NCBI GenBank assembly: GCA_963675245.1
Contig: OY775910.1
Location: 1,562,301 to 1,626,300 of the forward strand
DNA from: Acholeplasmataceae bacterium
Lineage (GTDB): Bacteria; Bacillota_I; Bacilli_A; Acholeplasmatales; Acholeplasmataceae
Length of the DNA stretch: 64,000 nucleotides
Direction: 5' to 3'
Positions 40,425 through 51,341 of the stretch are shown here, in pieces. Numbering within the stretch: position 1 is the first letter of the stretch; every line of letters starts with the position of its first letter. The notes beneath the pieces were generated by a model. The model made no database searches and was not told the origin of the DNA. It saw nothing but the letters and a program-made list of their open reading frames with translations. Position numbers and translations under genes: made by a program.

Positions 40425-41780
40425 CTATTTTAATGAAAGCAACGTGATAGACTCTACATGCGCAGTAAAGGGAAACATATCAATAGGTGTCGTTTCATCT
40501 AAGACATAATCAGATGATAAAGATGCGATGTCTTTTGCTAAGGTAGATGGATTACAAGACCCATAAACGATGCGGTTAGGTTTAAATTGCTTAATTAATG
40601 CAATCGTATCTTCGCCTAAACCGACTCTTGGAGGATCAAAAAACATCACGTCTATCTTTTCGCTTTTAAGTGTCTTTAGTGCCTGATCAAACGTATCTTT
40701 GATTACTTTGACATTATGTATGCTATTTTCTTTTAAACTCTGATTTGCGCTATTAACAGACGCTTGATTCACTTCTATTGCGTACACTAGTTGACAATGC
40801 TCTGCGATATAATGTGATATCGGAGCAGATCCTGCATAAGCGTCTATAACGATATCAGAAGGTTTAAGTTTCGCCACGTCTCTCATCGTTTTAAAAAAGA
40901 CATCGGCTTGTTTTGAGTTTAATTGGAAAAATGATTCTGGTTCTAAGACATAAGTAAATTTACCAAGTACTTCGTGTATGATATCCTGCCCCTTAACTTT
41001 TGCTAAAGAATCATTAAAAAATTCTCTTGATTCATTATCCTCAATGACACGAAATACAGATTTGACCATTGGTTCTTTTTCCATCAGTAAGGATGCTAAT
41101 TGGGGTAATCTATTTGGTAATTTTTTGCATGTAAATGTCACTTGAGCTTCATCTTTTGATGTGACTCTTACGATGACATTCGTAATGAATCCTTTACGAT
41201 ATTTTTGATCAAATGCATCTATATCAACTTCACCCATTAAATCAATAATTGTATTTAAGATATGATTTACGCGGTCATCTTGAACTGGACAATCTTTAAT
41301 TGGTACAAATTTATTCCCACCAGATGCATACATACCTATTTTATTCTGTTTTGTTTTTCTTACAGGAAGTGATGCCTTATTTCTGTAATGCGTAGGATCT
41401 TCCATACCTAATGTCTCTTTAACCCGTTCTTGGTTAAGTTTAAATGGTAAATACCGATTAAACGCTTGAATAATCATTTGTCTTTTTTCGATCAATGTTT
41501 TTTGATAACTAAGATGTTGTAACTGGCAGCCTCCACAGGTTTCATAAACAGGACAAAAAGGTTTCACCCTATCCTTGCTCGCTTTTTTTATACTCACTAA
41601 TTCTGCGATAGCACGATTATTAAATACTTGTGTAATTCTCGCTTCTACCCGTTCATTTGGTAATGCACCTGTGACGAATATAGCGAGTTTTCTATCATAA
41701 CCGATTCCTTCACCATTAATACCAAGTCGTTTGATTTCTAACGTGATGAGATCGCCTTCATTCAAATGCTGAGCATTCAT
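40425..41780 (-). CDS. rlmD: 23S rRNA (uracil-C5)-methyltransferase RlmD/RumA
   Basis: TRAM domain, CPVYETCGGC, SFFQLN, DPPRVG, YGSCNPSTL and DMFPFTAHVE. Confidence 0.95.
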   Translation of the reverse strand: MNAQHLNEGDLITLEIKRLGINGEGIGYDRKLAIFVTGALPNERVEARITQVFNNRAIAELVSIKKASKDRVKPFCPVYETCGGCQLQHLSYQKTLIEKRQMIIQAFNRYLPFKLNQERVKETLGMEDPTHYRNKASLPVRKTKQNKIGMYASGGNKFVPIKDCPVQDDRVNHILNTIIDLMGEVDIDAFDQKYRKGFITNVIVRVTSKDEAQVTFTCKKLPNRLPQLASLLMEKEPMVKSVFRVIEDNESREFFNDSLAKVKGQDIIHEVLGKFTYVLEPESFFQLNSKQADVFFKTMRDVAKLKPSDIVIDAYAGSAPISHYIAEHCQLVYAIEVNQASVNSANQSLKENSIHNVKVIKDTFDQALKTLKSEKIDVMFFDPPRVGLGEDTIALIKQFKPNRIVYGSCNPSTLAKDIASLSSDYVLDETTPIDMFPFTAHVESITLLSLK

Positions 41781-41786
41781 AAATTT

Positions 41787-42386
41787 CTATACCTTTCTTG
41801 ATTCAAAGTTTTGACGCGATAAATAAAATCCGATATGGATTAAGACCCAACTTAATACATAACTGATTAAGCTATAAAGTGGTAGTGTTTGATAAGCTTC
41901 TGGATAGAAGATAATGACTGCATCAATCATGAACCCGAAATTAAGAAAAACAATCACCATAAGCTGTGTAAATAATTCATACTTTTTTTCTCTAAATAAA
42001 AATAACAAACCATATAACAATACCCAAATCAGTGCAGCACCTTGTAAAATACTCCCGATAAGCATAACGACACCACCCCAACCACGTCCGATATTGATCA
42101 TCGTGAGTACAATGGTGAATGCGTCATAAAAAAAGATGGGTAATAATATGATAGGTTTGAGTTTTTTCCTCATACTTAGCACTGCTAAATAAATAAGTGG
42201 TGCAATCATACCAATCAAAATGATACTAAAAGATACCCAATCAGTCGATAATCCACCAAATAGCTGACCAATAGGCATCGGTAATAATACAAGTGATAAA
42301 GATAATCCAAAAAACCAAATGGACATATAAAATAAATACTTGTTAGTGATGATTGGTTTTTGATGGTTTATTGGTTTGTTCATCAT
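41787..42386 (-). CDS. Hypothetical multi-pass membrane protein
   Basis: About 6 hydrophobic segments; GAGGTG RBS. Confidence 0.7.
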   Translation of the reverse strand: MMNKPINHQKPIITNKYLFYMSIWFFGLSLSLVLLPMPIGQLFGGLSTDWVSFSIILIGMIAPLIYLAVLSMRKKLKPIILLPIFFYDAFTIVLTMINIGRGWGGVVMLIGSILQGAALIWVLLYGLLFLFREKKYELFTQLMVIVFLNFGFMIDAVIIFYPEAYQTLPLYSLISYVLSWVLIHIGFYLSRQNFESRKV

Positions 42387-42453
42387 ATTCACCTCATCTT
42401 TAGTATATCAAAACTTTAGAAAAAAGGTCATATCAATTGATATGACCCAATGA

Positions 42454-43626
42454 TTATTCGTGTCTGAGAACTTCTCTCGCAATCATCACTTCTTCATTTG
42501 TTGGAATGATTATCACTTTTACTTTAGAATCTGGAGTGGAAATCACATGTTCACCACGTTTATTATTTTCAGCATCATCAAGCTTTGTCCCTAAAACGCC
42601 TAAACGTTTCACAACAGCTTCTCTAAAGTCTGGTGCATTTTCACCAATACCTGCTGTGAAGATAATCGCGTCTAATCCACCCATGTATACATAATATGAT
42701 CCTATATAATCAGCAATACGCTTTGCTTGAATTTCTTGTGCCAAGAGTGCTCTATGATTACCAGCTTCAATAGCAGTTGAAATATCTCTTGCATCATTTG
42801 TGAGTCCTGATACCCCTAAATAACCTGAATTGCGGTTAAGATCATCTAATACTGATTCATAACTACGATTTTCTTTATCAGCAATAAACTTTAACAAAGA
42901 TGGATCTACATTTCCACTTCTTGTTCCCATCGGAATACCTTCAAGTGGGGTCAATCCCATGGACGTATCAACAGATTTACCACCATCAATGGCACATAAT
43001 GATGCACCGTTACCTAAGTGACATACTATCAATTTCGCATTATTATTACCAAGTAATTCATAAGCTCTTTGACTGACAAATTGATGTGATGTGCCATGAA
43101 ACCCATACTTTCTCACATGATAATTTTGATACCATTCATATGGCGTTGCATATAGATATGCATCTTCTTTCATACTCGCATGGAATGTTGTATCAAATAC
43201 GGCTACCTGTATAACATCAGGGAGTGCTTTGCGAAAAGCTTCAATACCTGTAATATTGGCAGGATTATGAAGTGGTGCTAAATCATTTAAACTTCTAATT
43301 TGTTCGACAACTTCATCTGTAATAACAGTAGAATCCTTAAATATTTCACCGCCTTGTACAACACGATGTCCCACACCATTAATGTCATTTAGTGAGTCGA
43401 TAATTTTATAATCAACTAACCCATCGAGCAATAAATGCACGGCAACTTTATGATCAGGTATGCTTGTTTCTGTAACAACCTTTTCACCATTGACTTCAAT
43501 TTTAAATACAGCATTTTCATAACCAATTCTTTCAACTAATCCAGACGTAATAACACGCTCTTCTGGCATGTCTAAAAGCTGGAATTTAAGTGATGAACTA
43601 CCAGCGTTCACTGCTACTATTTTCAT
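42454..43626 (-). CDS. ackA: Acetate kinase
   Basis: NAGSSSLK, GHRVVQGG, APLHN, YGFHGTSH and PTNEE. Confidence 0.98.
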   Translation of the reverse strand: MKIVAVNAGSSSLKFQLLDMPEERVITSGLVERIGYENAVFKIEVNGEKVVTETSIPDHKVAVHLLLDGLVDYKIIDSLNDINGVGHRVVQGGEIFKDSTVITDEVVEQIRSLNDLAPLHNPANITGIEAFRKALPDVIQVAVFDTTFHASMKEDAYLYATPYEWYQNYHVRKYGFHGTSHQFVSQRAYELLGNNNAKLIVCHLGNGASLCAIDGGKSVDTSMGLTPLEGIPMGTRSGNVDPSLLKFIADKENRSYESVLDDLNRNSGYLGVSGLTNDARDISTAIEAGNHRALLAQEIQAKRIADYIGSYYVYMGGLDAIIFTAGIGENAPDFREAVVKRLGVLGTKLDDAENNKRGEHVISTPDSKVKVIIIPTNEEVMIAREVLRHE

Positions 43627-43707
43627 TATTTAACTCCTTTATATTAAGTCCATTACTATCATACACGATTTCTATTGAATTATCAATAGTATGAACTTTT
43701 ATTCATA

Positions 43708-44358
43708 TTAATATAGAAAGACATAATAAGCTATAAATTGTAAGATGGTCCCAAGAGCAACAAATAAATGCCAAATAAAGTGGAAATATTTAACTTTAGG
43801 GAACGCATAAAAGGCAACACCTATTGAATAAGCAATACCACCTGATAAAACGAGCCAAAATGATTCTACACGCCATTCAAAAAGTTGTCTAATAAAGATT
43901 AACCCACTCCATCCCATAGCTAAAAAGATGGTCGAATGTAGCCAATTTAACTTCTTAATCCAAATCGATTTGAATACAATTCCAATAACGATTAATATCC
44001 ATTGCACAATAAACATAAATAACCCTAAACCGATTTGACCAAGAAACGGTTCTTGAAGATCCGGTAACAATAAAAGTGGTGGTACAAAACTTGCACCAAT
44101 TAAAATATAAATCGATAAATGATCAAACCGTCTAAAGACACCTTTTGCAGTTTCATGACTTAATGCGTGATAAAGGGTTGACATGGTATATAAATTGATG
44201 ATACCTACACCAAAGAATATGCTTGCCATAATCTCATATCCCGTATTACTTTTTAGCAATAATAATACAAGCGCTACTATACCAAAAAGAGCCATTACCC
44301 CATGGCTCACTGAATTGGCAATCTCTTCACCTAATGTTTGTCTTTTTGAATCTTTCAT
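43708..44358 (-). CDS. Hemolysin III / PAQR family membrane protein
   Basis: EEIANSVSHG, STLYH, DHLSIYILI and HFIWHLFV. Confidence 0.92.
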   Translation of the reverse strand: MKDSKRQTLGEEIANSVSHGVMALFGIVALVLLLLKSNTGYEIMASIFFGVGIINLYTMSTLYHALSHETAKGVFRRFDHLSIYILIGASFVPPLLLLPDLQEPFLGQIGLGLFMFIVQWILIVIGIVFKSIWIKKLNWLHSTIFLAMGWSGLIFIRQLFEWRVESFWLVLSGGIAYSIGVAFYAFPKVKYFHFIWHLFVALGTILQFIAYYVFLY

Positions 44359-44359
44359 G

Positions 44360-44887
44360 TTAGTCCTCCGTGATGAATTGATCTAGAAAATCTTTTCCTT
44401 TATGAGATTCGGGTTCTTCCGTATACAAGCCCTTAAATCCCTGTTGTCGAGCAACTTCATATGCCACTAAAGCGACTGCATTAGATAAATTAATGCTTCT
44501 CACTTTATCAGTTGTAGGGATGCGATAGCATCGATCTAGATTAGCAGCTAATAAATGACGATCAACACCTGTTGATTCCTTACCAAAGATTAAATAAATA
44601 TCATCTTCAATGGTTTGATAATCAAAATCAGTATATGTCTTTTTACCATAGCGTGTCAAGAAAAAATAAACGCCGCTATTTTTTGATTTAAAATCATCAA
44701 AATCGTCATAAACAACATAATCCAAAAATTCATAATAATCAAGCGCACTACGCCTAATTCTTTTTTCATCCAATCTAAATCCTAATGGTTCAATTAAGTG
44801 CAACTTCGCACCTAACGCGACACAAGTCCGCATAATGTTTCCTGTATTTTGAGGAATTTCAGGTTCGTATAATACAATATGCAACAT
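44360..44887 (-). CDS. trmL: tRNA (cytidine/uridine-34-2'-O)-methyltransferase
   Basis: PEIPQNTGNI, LHLIEPLGF, FGKESTG and RSINLSN. Confidence 0.93.
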   Translation of the reverse strand: MLHIVLYEPEIPQNTGNIMRTCVALGAKLHLIEPLGFRLDEKRIRRSALDYYEFLDYVVYDDFDDFKSKNSGVYFFLTRYGKKTYTDFDYQTIEDDIYLIFGKESTGVDRHLLAANLDRCYRIPTTDKVRSINLSNAVALVAYEVARQQGFKGLYTEEPESHKGKDFLDQFITED

Positions 44888-44888
44888 C

Positions 44889-46322
44889 TTATTTATGTTC
44901 CTTTAATAACGTTTGTTTCATCTGCCATAATTTCTCTGATAAATCGACATAATAATGATGGGGATTATCAAAACGTTTAACTTCCGGCCATTGTTGTGAT
45001 AAAGCTTTTTTATGATAACTTCTAATTTCTTTTAAAGTCGGTTTTTTATATACAAGTTTACCCGTTTTAAAAATAGGTTGTAATAAAGCTTCAATTTTAT
45101 AGTTTTCTATGTCTTTTGCTTTATACGTATAAATCGGGTCAAATAAGTGGTAAGGTTTAGATGTATCTATTTCTTCATCATGAAGTGTGATGACATCTGC
45201 TTCTGCCATACAGTTTTCATCATAGAAACGATAAACCTGTTTGAATCCAGGTGTCGTTGTCTTTTCGTTATTTTCTGATATTTTAATTTTAGGTATAATC
45301 ACATGATCTGTTTCGATCGCAGCTAGTTTAAAGACACCACCAAAAACTGCTTCTGATCTTGCTGTGACTAAACGTTCTCCAACACCAAATGAATCTATTT
45401 CAGCACCTTGGTGAATAAGTGCTCTGATCAAATGTTCATCAAGCGAATTGGAAACCGTGATTTTAACATCTTCTAATCCTGCTTCCTTCAACATTCTTCT
45501 AGCTGTTTTTGTAAGATATGTTAAATCACCACTATCTAAACGAATACCTTTTAATCGTTTACCCATGGGTTCTAATACTTCTTTAGCAATTTTAATCGCA
45601 TTTGGAATGCCTGATTTCAACGTATTATACGTATCCACAAGTAACACGGTATTATCAGGATAAGCGCGTGCATATGCTTTAAACGCTTCATATTCAGTAT
45701 CATAGAGTTGAACGAAGCTGTGTGCCATTGTTCCTAAAGCAGGAATCTGATATGCATAATCAGCATATGTGTTTGATGAGCCAATCGCACCTGCAATATA
45801 GGCTGCTCTCGCACCATAAATAGCTGCATCATAACCATGAGCTCTTCTTGCCCCAAATTCTAAGATAGCCCTTCCTTTAGCTGCATGTACAATCCTGGAT
45901 GCTTTAGTTGCAATAAGCGATTGGTGATTGATTGTCAACAAAATCATAGTCTCAACGAGCTGACATTCAATAATTGGACCTCTAATAACCAAAAGTGGCT
46001 CATGTGGGAAGACTGGTGTTCCTTCTTTCATAGCATATACGTCTGAACTAAACTTGAATGTTTCCAAGTATGCTAAGAATTTTTCATCAAATATTTTCTT
46101 TTGTCTTAAAAAGTCAATTTCATCTTTATCAAATGATAAATGTTCTAAATAGTCAATGACTTGTTCTAAACCAGCGAAAACTGCATAACCACCTTTATCA
46201 GGAACTGATCTAAAAAAAACATCAAAAACAGCTATTTGATTTATCTTGCCATCTTTAAAGTATCCATTCGCCATGGTTAGTTCATAAAAATCCATCAATA
46301 AATCTAATTTTCTATGTCCCAT
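44889..46322 (-). CDS. pncB: Nicotinate phosphoribosyltransferase
   Basis: DFYELTM, EFGARRAH, GTMAHS, LVDTY and RLDSGDL. Confidence 0.96.
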   Translation of the reverse strand: MGHRKLDLLMDFYELTMANGYFKDGKINQIAVFDVFFRSVPDKGGYAVFAGLEQVIDYLEHLSFDKDEIDFLRQKKIFDEKFLAYLETFKFSSDVYAMKEGTPVFPHEPLLVIRGPIIECQLVETMILLTINHQSLIATKASRIVHAAKGRAILEFGARRAHGYDAAIYGARAAYIAGAIGSSNTYADYAYQIPALGTMAHSFVQLYDTEYEAFKAYARAYPDNTVLLVDTYNTLKSGIPNAIKIAKEVLEPMGKRLKGIRLDSGDLTYLTKTARRMLKEAGLEDVKITVSNSLDEHLIRALIHQGAEIDSFGVGERLVTARSEAVFGGVFKLAAIETDHVIIPKIKISENNEKTTTPGFKQVYRFYDENCMAEADVITLHDEEIDTSKPYHLFDPIYTYKAKDIENYKIEALLQPIFKTGKLVYKKPTLKEIRSYHKKALSQQWPEVKRFDNPHHYYVDLSEKLWQMKQTLLKEHK

Positions 46323-46403
46323 AGTTGCCTCCTTATTGCACTTACTATTCTAACACTTTTTCACCTATTTTTGGTAAAATAGATATAGAATTGAGGCACA
46401 CAT

Positions 46404-47114
46404 ATGATTATCATACTTTCTCCAGCTAAAACCTTCAACTTTGTTGCTAGTCCCTATGATACAATACCTGTATTTATAGACGATGCTCATTCACTTATTA
46501 AACAGTTACAAACAAGACCTATAAAGCGCTTAATGGCTGAGATGAAAATCTCTCGATCTTTAGCTGAAAAAACTAAAGCATTATACATGTCTTTTGGACA
46601 CTTGAAAACATCTGCGATTCATGGCTATAATGGTCATCAATATCGTCACTTTGATGTCTCTTCTTTAGAAGATAGTGGTTTAAAAGAAAACATCAAATGT
46701 ATCTATATTTTATCTGGACTTTATGGCCTAGTTAAAGCCTATGATGGTATTTCTCCTTATCGATTAGAAATGAAAGATAAGACTATATTTAACCTTTATG
46801 AATATTGGCAACCCAAACTACATGAATTCATTAAAAATACATTTAAAAATGAACTTATTTATAATTTAGCCAGTGATGAATATGGTCAGTTAATTAAAGA
46901 TTTAAAAAATGTCATTACGATTCAATTTTTTATGTTTAAACATGGTAAACTTTCGATACATTCGATGGAAGCAAAACGTATGCGTGGTTTATTCGCAAGA
47001 TATCTTGTAATGTATCCTCATGTCGATATCAAAGGCATTAAACTTGAAGGTTATACCTATAGCATATTACATTCTACTTCTACAAACTATATATTTATAA
47101 GGACAATCATATGA
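46404..47114 (+). CDS. yaaA: YaaA (DUF328) peroxide-stress protein
   Basis: ILSPAKT, ILSGLYG, PYRLEM, NLASDEY and AKRMRG. Confidence 0.88.
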   Translation: MIIILSPAKTFNFVASPYDTIPVFIDDAHSLIKQLQTRPIKRLMAEMKISRSLAEKTKALYMSFGHLKTSAIHGYNGHQYRHFDVSSLEDSGLKENIKCIYILSGLYGLVKAYDGISPYRLEMKDKTIFNLYEYWQPKLHEFIKNTFKNELIYNLASDEYGQLIKDLKNVITIQFFMFKHGKLSIHSMEAKRMRGLFARYLVMYPHVDIKGIKLEGYTYSILHSTSTNYIFIRTII

Positions 47115-48592
47115 AACGAATTTTGAGAATGGTTTTAAGTCGAACATCATTAATCGGTATATTGCTACTGCTTCAATTAGCACTTTTTTTTGTTCTTATA
47201 TACTATTTATCTGGTATTCCTTATGTCAGTATTGGTCTTTATGTGGTTTCAACATTAATTGTTATCTATTTAGTGTATCGTGAGGAAAATCCCATTTATA
47301 AAATGTCATGGATTGTTCCGATTCTTGTGTTTCCACTTTTTGGCGGATTATTTTATTTGTTTTATCGTTCAATCAATATCTCAAATTCGGTTAAACAACA
47401 ATTTATGGAACTAGAAATCAGTAGAGCATCACATGTTGTCCTTCCATCACCATCTGATCAAAATGCATTTCGTTATCTTGATCGATATTATTGGCCAGCA
47501 TATAAGCATACAGAAACAACCTTTTTGGATTCAGGTGAAAGATTATTTGATGAATTGAAAAATGAACTTAAAAAAGCGAAACATTTTATACTCTTAGAAT
47601 TCTTTATCATCAGTCCTGGTAAAATGTGGGATGATATTCTTGATATATTAAAAGAAAAGGCTCAACAAGGGGTAGAAATCAAACTTATATATGATGATTT
47701 CGGGTCATATCGTTTACCTTATAAGTACCCTAATCAACTTAAAAAATTAGGTATTGAAGCTTATCAATTTAATAAAATGAGAATGCATATTAACTTCGCA
47801 ATGAACTATAGAGATCATAGAAAAATAGTTGTTATTGATAATAATGTTGCATTTACTGGTGGTACAAATATTGGTGATGAATATATTAATTTAGAACACC
47901 CTTTTGGTCATTGGCAAGATGCAGGTATTAAGTTACAGGGTGCTGCGGTTTGGTCACTCACAGTTGCATTCTTATTGACTTTACAGTTTATCACACGCAA
48001 AAAGCCAGACTTTGATCTTTATAATCTTAAACCTAAACCTGCTAAGTCAACTGGGCTAGTTGCACCTTTTACAGATGGTCCAATCAATGGTGAATTGGTC
48101 ACTAAAAATATTTATTTGTCGTTAATTACAACAGCAAAAAAAGAAATATTAATCACGACTCCTTATCTTATCATCGACTATGAACTATCTGAAGCCTTAA
48201 AACTCGCTGTTAAAAGTGGTGTGATAGTTAAAATAGTTATTCCCCATATACCAGATAAAAAACTGGTTTATATGGTGACAGAAACATATGCAAATGAACT
48301 GGTTTCTGCAGGTGTCGAAATCTATCGTTATAAACCAGGATTTATTCACTCTAAAATGATGATTATCGATCGTCAATATGCCTTTATAGGAACTGCTAAT
48401 TTCGATTTCAGAAGTCTTTATTTACACTTTGAAAATAACGTCTACTTATATCAAGTGCCTGCCATTAATGATATGGTGACTTACATGCATCAAGTGATTG
48501 AGAAGAGCGTACTTATCGATCAGTTGAGTCATCGAAATATATTCTATCGTATGATGCAAGTGGTCCTTAGAGGCTTTGCTACATTATTCTAA
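47111..48592 (+). CDS. cls: Cardiolipin synthase
   Basis: N-terminal TMs and two HKD motifs (HRKIVVID, HSKMMIID). Confidence 0.93.
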   Translation: MKRILRMVLSRTSLIGILLLLQLALFFVLIYYLSGIPYVSIGLYVVSTLIVIYLVYREENPIYKMSWIVPILVFPLFGGLFYLFYRSINISNSVKQQFMELEISRASHVVLPSPSDQNAFRYLDRYYWPAYKHTETTFLDSGERLFDELKNELKKAKHFILLEFFIISPGKMWDDILDILKEKAQQGVEIKLIYDDFGSYRLPYKYPNQLKKLGIEAYQFNKMRMHINFAMNYRDHRKIVVIDNNVAFTGGTNIGDEYINLEHPFGHWQDAGIKLQGAAVWSLTVAFLLTLQFITRKKPDFDLYNLKPKPAKSTGLVAPFTDGPINGELVTKNIYLSLITTAKKEILITTPYLIIDYELSEALKLAVKSGVIVKIVIPHIPDKKLVYMVTETYANELVSAGVEIYRYKPGFIHSKMMIIDRQYAFIGTANFDFRSLYLHFENNVYLYQVPAINDMVTYMHQVIEKSVLIDQLSHRNIFYRMMQVVLRGFATLF

Positions 48593-48642
48593 TAAAAAAA
48601 AGTTGATGCTCTCCTATTCATCAACTCTTTTTTTTGTCACCA

Positions 48643-49383
48643 TTATGTATATGACATAACGCGATTTAAAAACTGTTTTGTACGTTCTTCTTTGGGATGT
48701 CCGAATATTTTTTCCGGTGAACCTTCTTCTAATATTTGTCCTTCATTTAGAAATAAAATCCGATCCGAAACTTCTTTAGCAAATGCCATTTCATGTGTCA
48801 CTATTACCATCGTCATACCCTCTTCTCGAAGGGTTTTAATCACGGATAGTACATCACCGACCATCTCAGGATCAAGTGCGGAAGTTGGTTCATCAAACAA
48901 CATGATTTTTGGTTGCATACATAGTGCTCTTGCAATCGCGACTCTTTGTTTCTGACCACCTGATAACTGTCTTACGTCACTATACATGAATGGTTCTAAA
49001 CCTACTTTTGTAAGATAGATTTTTGCACGTTCTTCAGCTTCTTCTTTTGACAATCCTAATCTGAGCATTGGGCTCATTGTACAATTACCCATCACATTTA
49101 AATTAGGAAACAAATTAAATTGTTGAAAAACCATACCCATATGTTCACGTAAACGATCGACATCAGTTTGTGGATCCATTAAATCTTGATCTTCGAAATA
49201 GATATGTCCATCATCTGGTTCATTCAACAGATTCAAACAACGTAAAAGCGTTGTTTTACCTGAACCTGAAGCACCAATTAATGTGATCACTTCTTGTTTA
49301 TTTAGTGTAAGACTAACCCCTTTCAACACTTCTTGATCACCAAATCTCTTTGTCAGATTAACAGCTTCTAATATGCCATTCAT
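48643..49383 (-). CDS. Polar amino-acid ABC transporter ATP-binding protein
   Basis: [23 protein letters not shown] and [10 protein letters not shown]. Confidence 0.95.
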   Translation of the reverse strand: MNGILEAVNLTKRFGDQEVLKGVSLTLNKQEVITLIGASGSGKTTLLRCLNLLNEPDDGHIYFEDQDLMDPQTDVDRLREHMGMVFQQFNLFPNLNVMGNCTMSPMLRLGLSKEEAEERAKIYLTKVGLEPFMYSDVRQLSGGQKQRVAIARALCMQPKIMLFDEPTSALDPEMVGDVLSVIKTLREEGMTMVIVTHEMAFAKEVSDRILFLNEGQILEEGSPEKIFGHPKEERTKQFLNRVMSYT

Positions 49384-50138
49384 GCTTTCACCACCTTTGC
49401 TGTATTATCAAGTCTACGTGTTAAATAATTAATGAGCTTACTTGATAAATAAGTGATGATTAAATAAAGAACAGCAGCAATAATAAATGCTTCAAAATAA
49501 CGATATGTTGAAGATGCGCTTTGTCTTACAGAGTAAAATAAATCTACAACTGATATGACTGATAAAACCGCAGTATCTTTTAAGTTGACAACGAATTCAT
49601 TACCGATACCTGGTAGTGAATTTTTAATCGCTTGTGGCCAAATGACTTTTCGCATTGCTTGATTTCTGGATAAACCAAGAGTTCTAGCCGCTTCCATTTG
49701 ACCAGGATCAACAGAACTCACACCACCTCTAAACACTTCTGAAATATATGCTGTTGTATTTAATGTCACAATAATTAGACCTGCCGGCAGTGGGCTCCAC
49801 CAAGGAAAAATACCTAATGAAGCGACACCATAATAGATCACCATCGCCTGAACAATCATAGGTGTACCACGGAATACCGTGACATATATATTACCAAGAC
49901 GAATCAAAGTGCCTTTAAGAATCTTCTTAAATCGAGAATCGCGTTTCTTATCAATCTCAATCAATCTCATCTGTGTTAATCCCATAGCAATTAAGAAACC
50001 ACCTAAAGTACCAACAACAGATAAGACGATTGTGATCAACAAACCATATAAAATGATTTGATAATAATTTTGAATCAGGTAGATGATCGTGCCGATTACG
50101 TCACCTTGCGCCGGTAACCCTACTAGCACGTTTATCAT
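49380..50138 (-). CDS. Polar amino-acid ABC transporter permease
   Basis: [19 protein letters not shown] and GQMEAAR. Confidence 0.95.
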   Translation of the reverse strand: MINVLVGLPAQGDVIGTIIYLIQNYYQIILYGLLITIVLSVVGTLGGFLIAMGLTQMRLIEIDKKRDSRFKKILKGTLIRLGNIYVTVFRGTPMIVQAMVIYYGVASLGIFPWWSPLPAGLIIVTLNTTAYISEVFRGGVSSVDPGQMEAARTLGLSRNQAMRKVIWPQAIKNSLPGIGNEFVVNLKDTAVLSVISVVDLFYSVRQSASSTYRYFEAFIIAAVLYLIITYLSSKLINYLTRRLDNTAKVVKA

Positions 50139-50139
50139 A

Positions 50140-50970
50140 TTATTCTCCAGGTTGTCTATCTAATGCTGCTAACATCCAAGCTTCTCGTGTTTCTGTCGTA
50201 AGCGTTGCTAAAACACCATTGATGGCATCAAGTAAATCTGTGTCACCTTGTCTCATTGCAACTGCTGATGTCACATCTGCTTCTGATACGACAAAACCAT
50301 TTCCTTCACTAAATTCAACATAAGTTAAATCTGAGTTAGCTTGTGTAATACCCATCGCAACTGGTAATTCTGCAATGAACGCATCTGCTTCACCACTTCT
50401 TACTGATTGTGTAATCGCATTGTAAGAATCAAGTGGTGTCCCATGATCAACATCAGTAATTTGATCAATTAAGTCATCTTGTAAAGTACCAAGTTGCGCA
50501 ATGACAGTTGCATCTGCAAAATCATCTAAAGAAGTTGCATCTGCATAAGTTGAGTCACTACGAACAACCATGACTTGTGTTGCTCTATAGTACTCTGTTG
50601 AGAATGCCACTGTTTGAGCACGTTCAGCTGTTGGACTCATACCAGCAATAATGACATCAATTTGATTTGCAATTAATGCAGGAATTAATCCATCCCATTC
50701 AATCGCTACTATTTCTAATTCTAAACCGAGTTCATCAGCAATATATGATGCCACAACAACATCATACCCATCTACATATGCACCAGCTTGTCCTGCTAGT
50801 GACACTGTGAAATCATTCGTTGCTGTAGTTGTCCAGTTATATGGCGCATAAGCAGCTTCTAATCCTACTGTTAATGTATTACCTTCAGTAACGTCATAAC
50901 CGTCGCTTGTTGTACAAGCAGCAAGTGTGCCAACTAAAATGGCTGTTAAAACAAATAATATTTTCTTCAT
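50140..50970 (-). CDS. Amino-acid ABC transporter substrate-binding lipoprotein (probably lysine)
   Basis: Lipobox LAAC, VGLEAAYAPYNW, WDGLIPAL and AGMSPTAER; lysine riboswitch upstream. Confidence 0.92.
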   Translation of the reverse strand: MKKILFVLTAILVGTLAACTTSDGYDVTEGNTLTVGLEAAYAPYNWTTTATNDFTVSLAGQAGAYVDGYDVVVASYIADELGLELEIVAIEWDGLIPALIANQIDVIIAGMSPTAERAQTVAFSTEYYRATQVMVVRSDSTYADATSLDDFADATVIAQLGTLQDDLIDQITDVDHGTPLDSYNAITQSVRSGEADAFIAELPVAMGITQANSDLTYVEFSEGNGFVVSEADVTSAVAMRQGDTDLLDAINGVLATLTTETREAWMLAALDRQPGE

Positions 50971-50997
50971 GTGAGAAGACCTCCTAATTTTTTTGAC

Positions 50998-51021
50998 AAA
51001 AAAAGCGTCCAAGGACGCCTT
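50998..51021 (-). terminator. Riboswitch expression-platform terminator
   Basis: Minus strand AGGCGTCC-tt-GGACGCTTTTTTT, upstream of the SBP start codon. Confidence 0.8.
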
Positions 51022-51041
51022 CTACACTAATCAATAATTGA

Positions 51042-51205
51042 CTTAGCTAGCGCCTCTACAAATAATGTAGGAGTGTTATAGGTGTTTCCTATAACCCCAT
51101 AGATGAGATATGCCTAAGTCATCTATTCGGCGATGGTTACCTTTCCAACGTTTCATCGCATGCCTGCTCGACGTTGTACTTTGATGCATCGCTGCCTCTA
51201 AACTT
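51042..51205 (-). ncRNA. Lysine riboswitch (L-box) aptamer
   Basis: Ordered landmarks AGAGG-cagCG, AGUA, GAAAGG...CGCCGAA, paired GUUAUAGG/CCUAUAAC, CUACA/UGUAG and GCGCUA, ahead of an amino-acid transporter and followed by a terminator. Confidence 0.85.
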
Positions 51206-51341
51206 TTTTTGTTCGTTGTTATAATAAAACATATTCAACCATATGTCAACAAAATATCATTAAAAAACGTTTTCATAAAATGGTTATACTATGTATAAAA
51301 AAAACCTTACAAATAAAGTAAGGTTTGTACGTTTAAATGAA

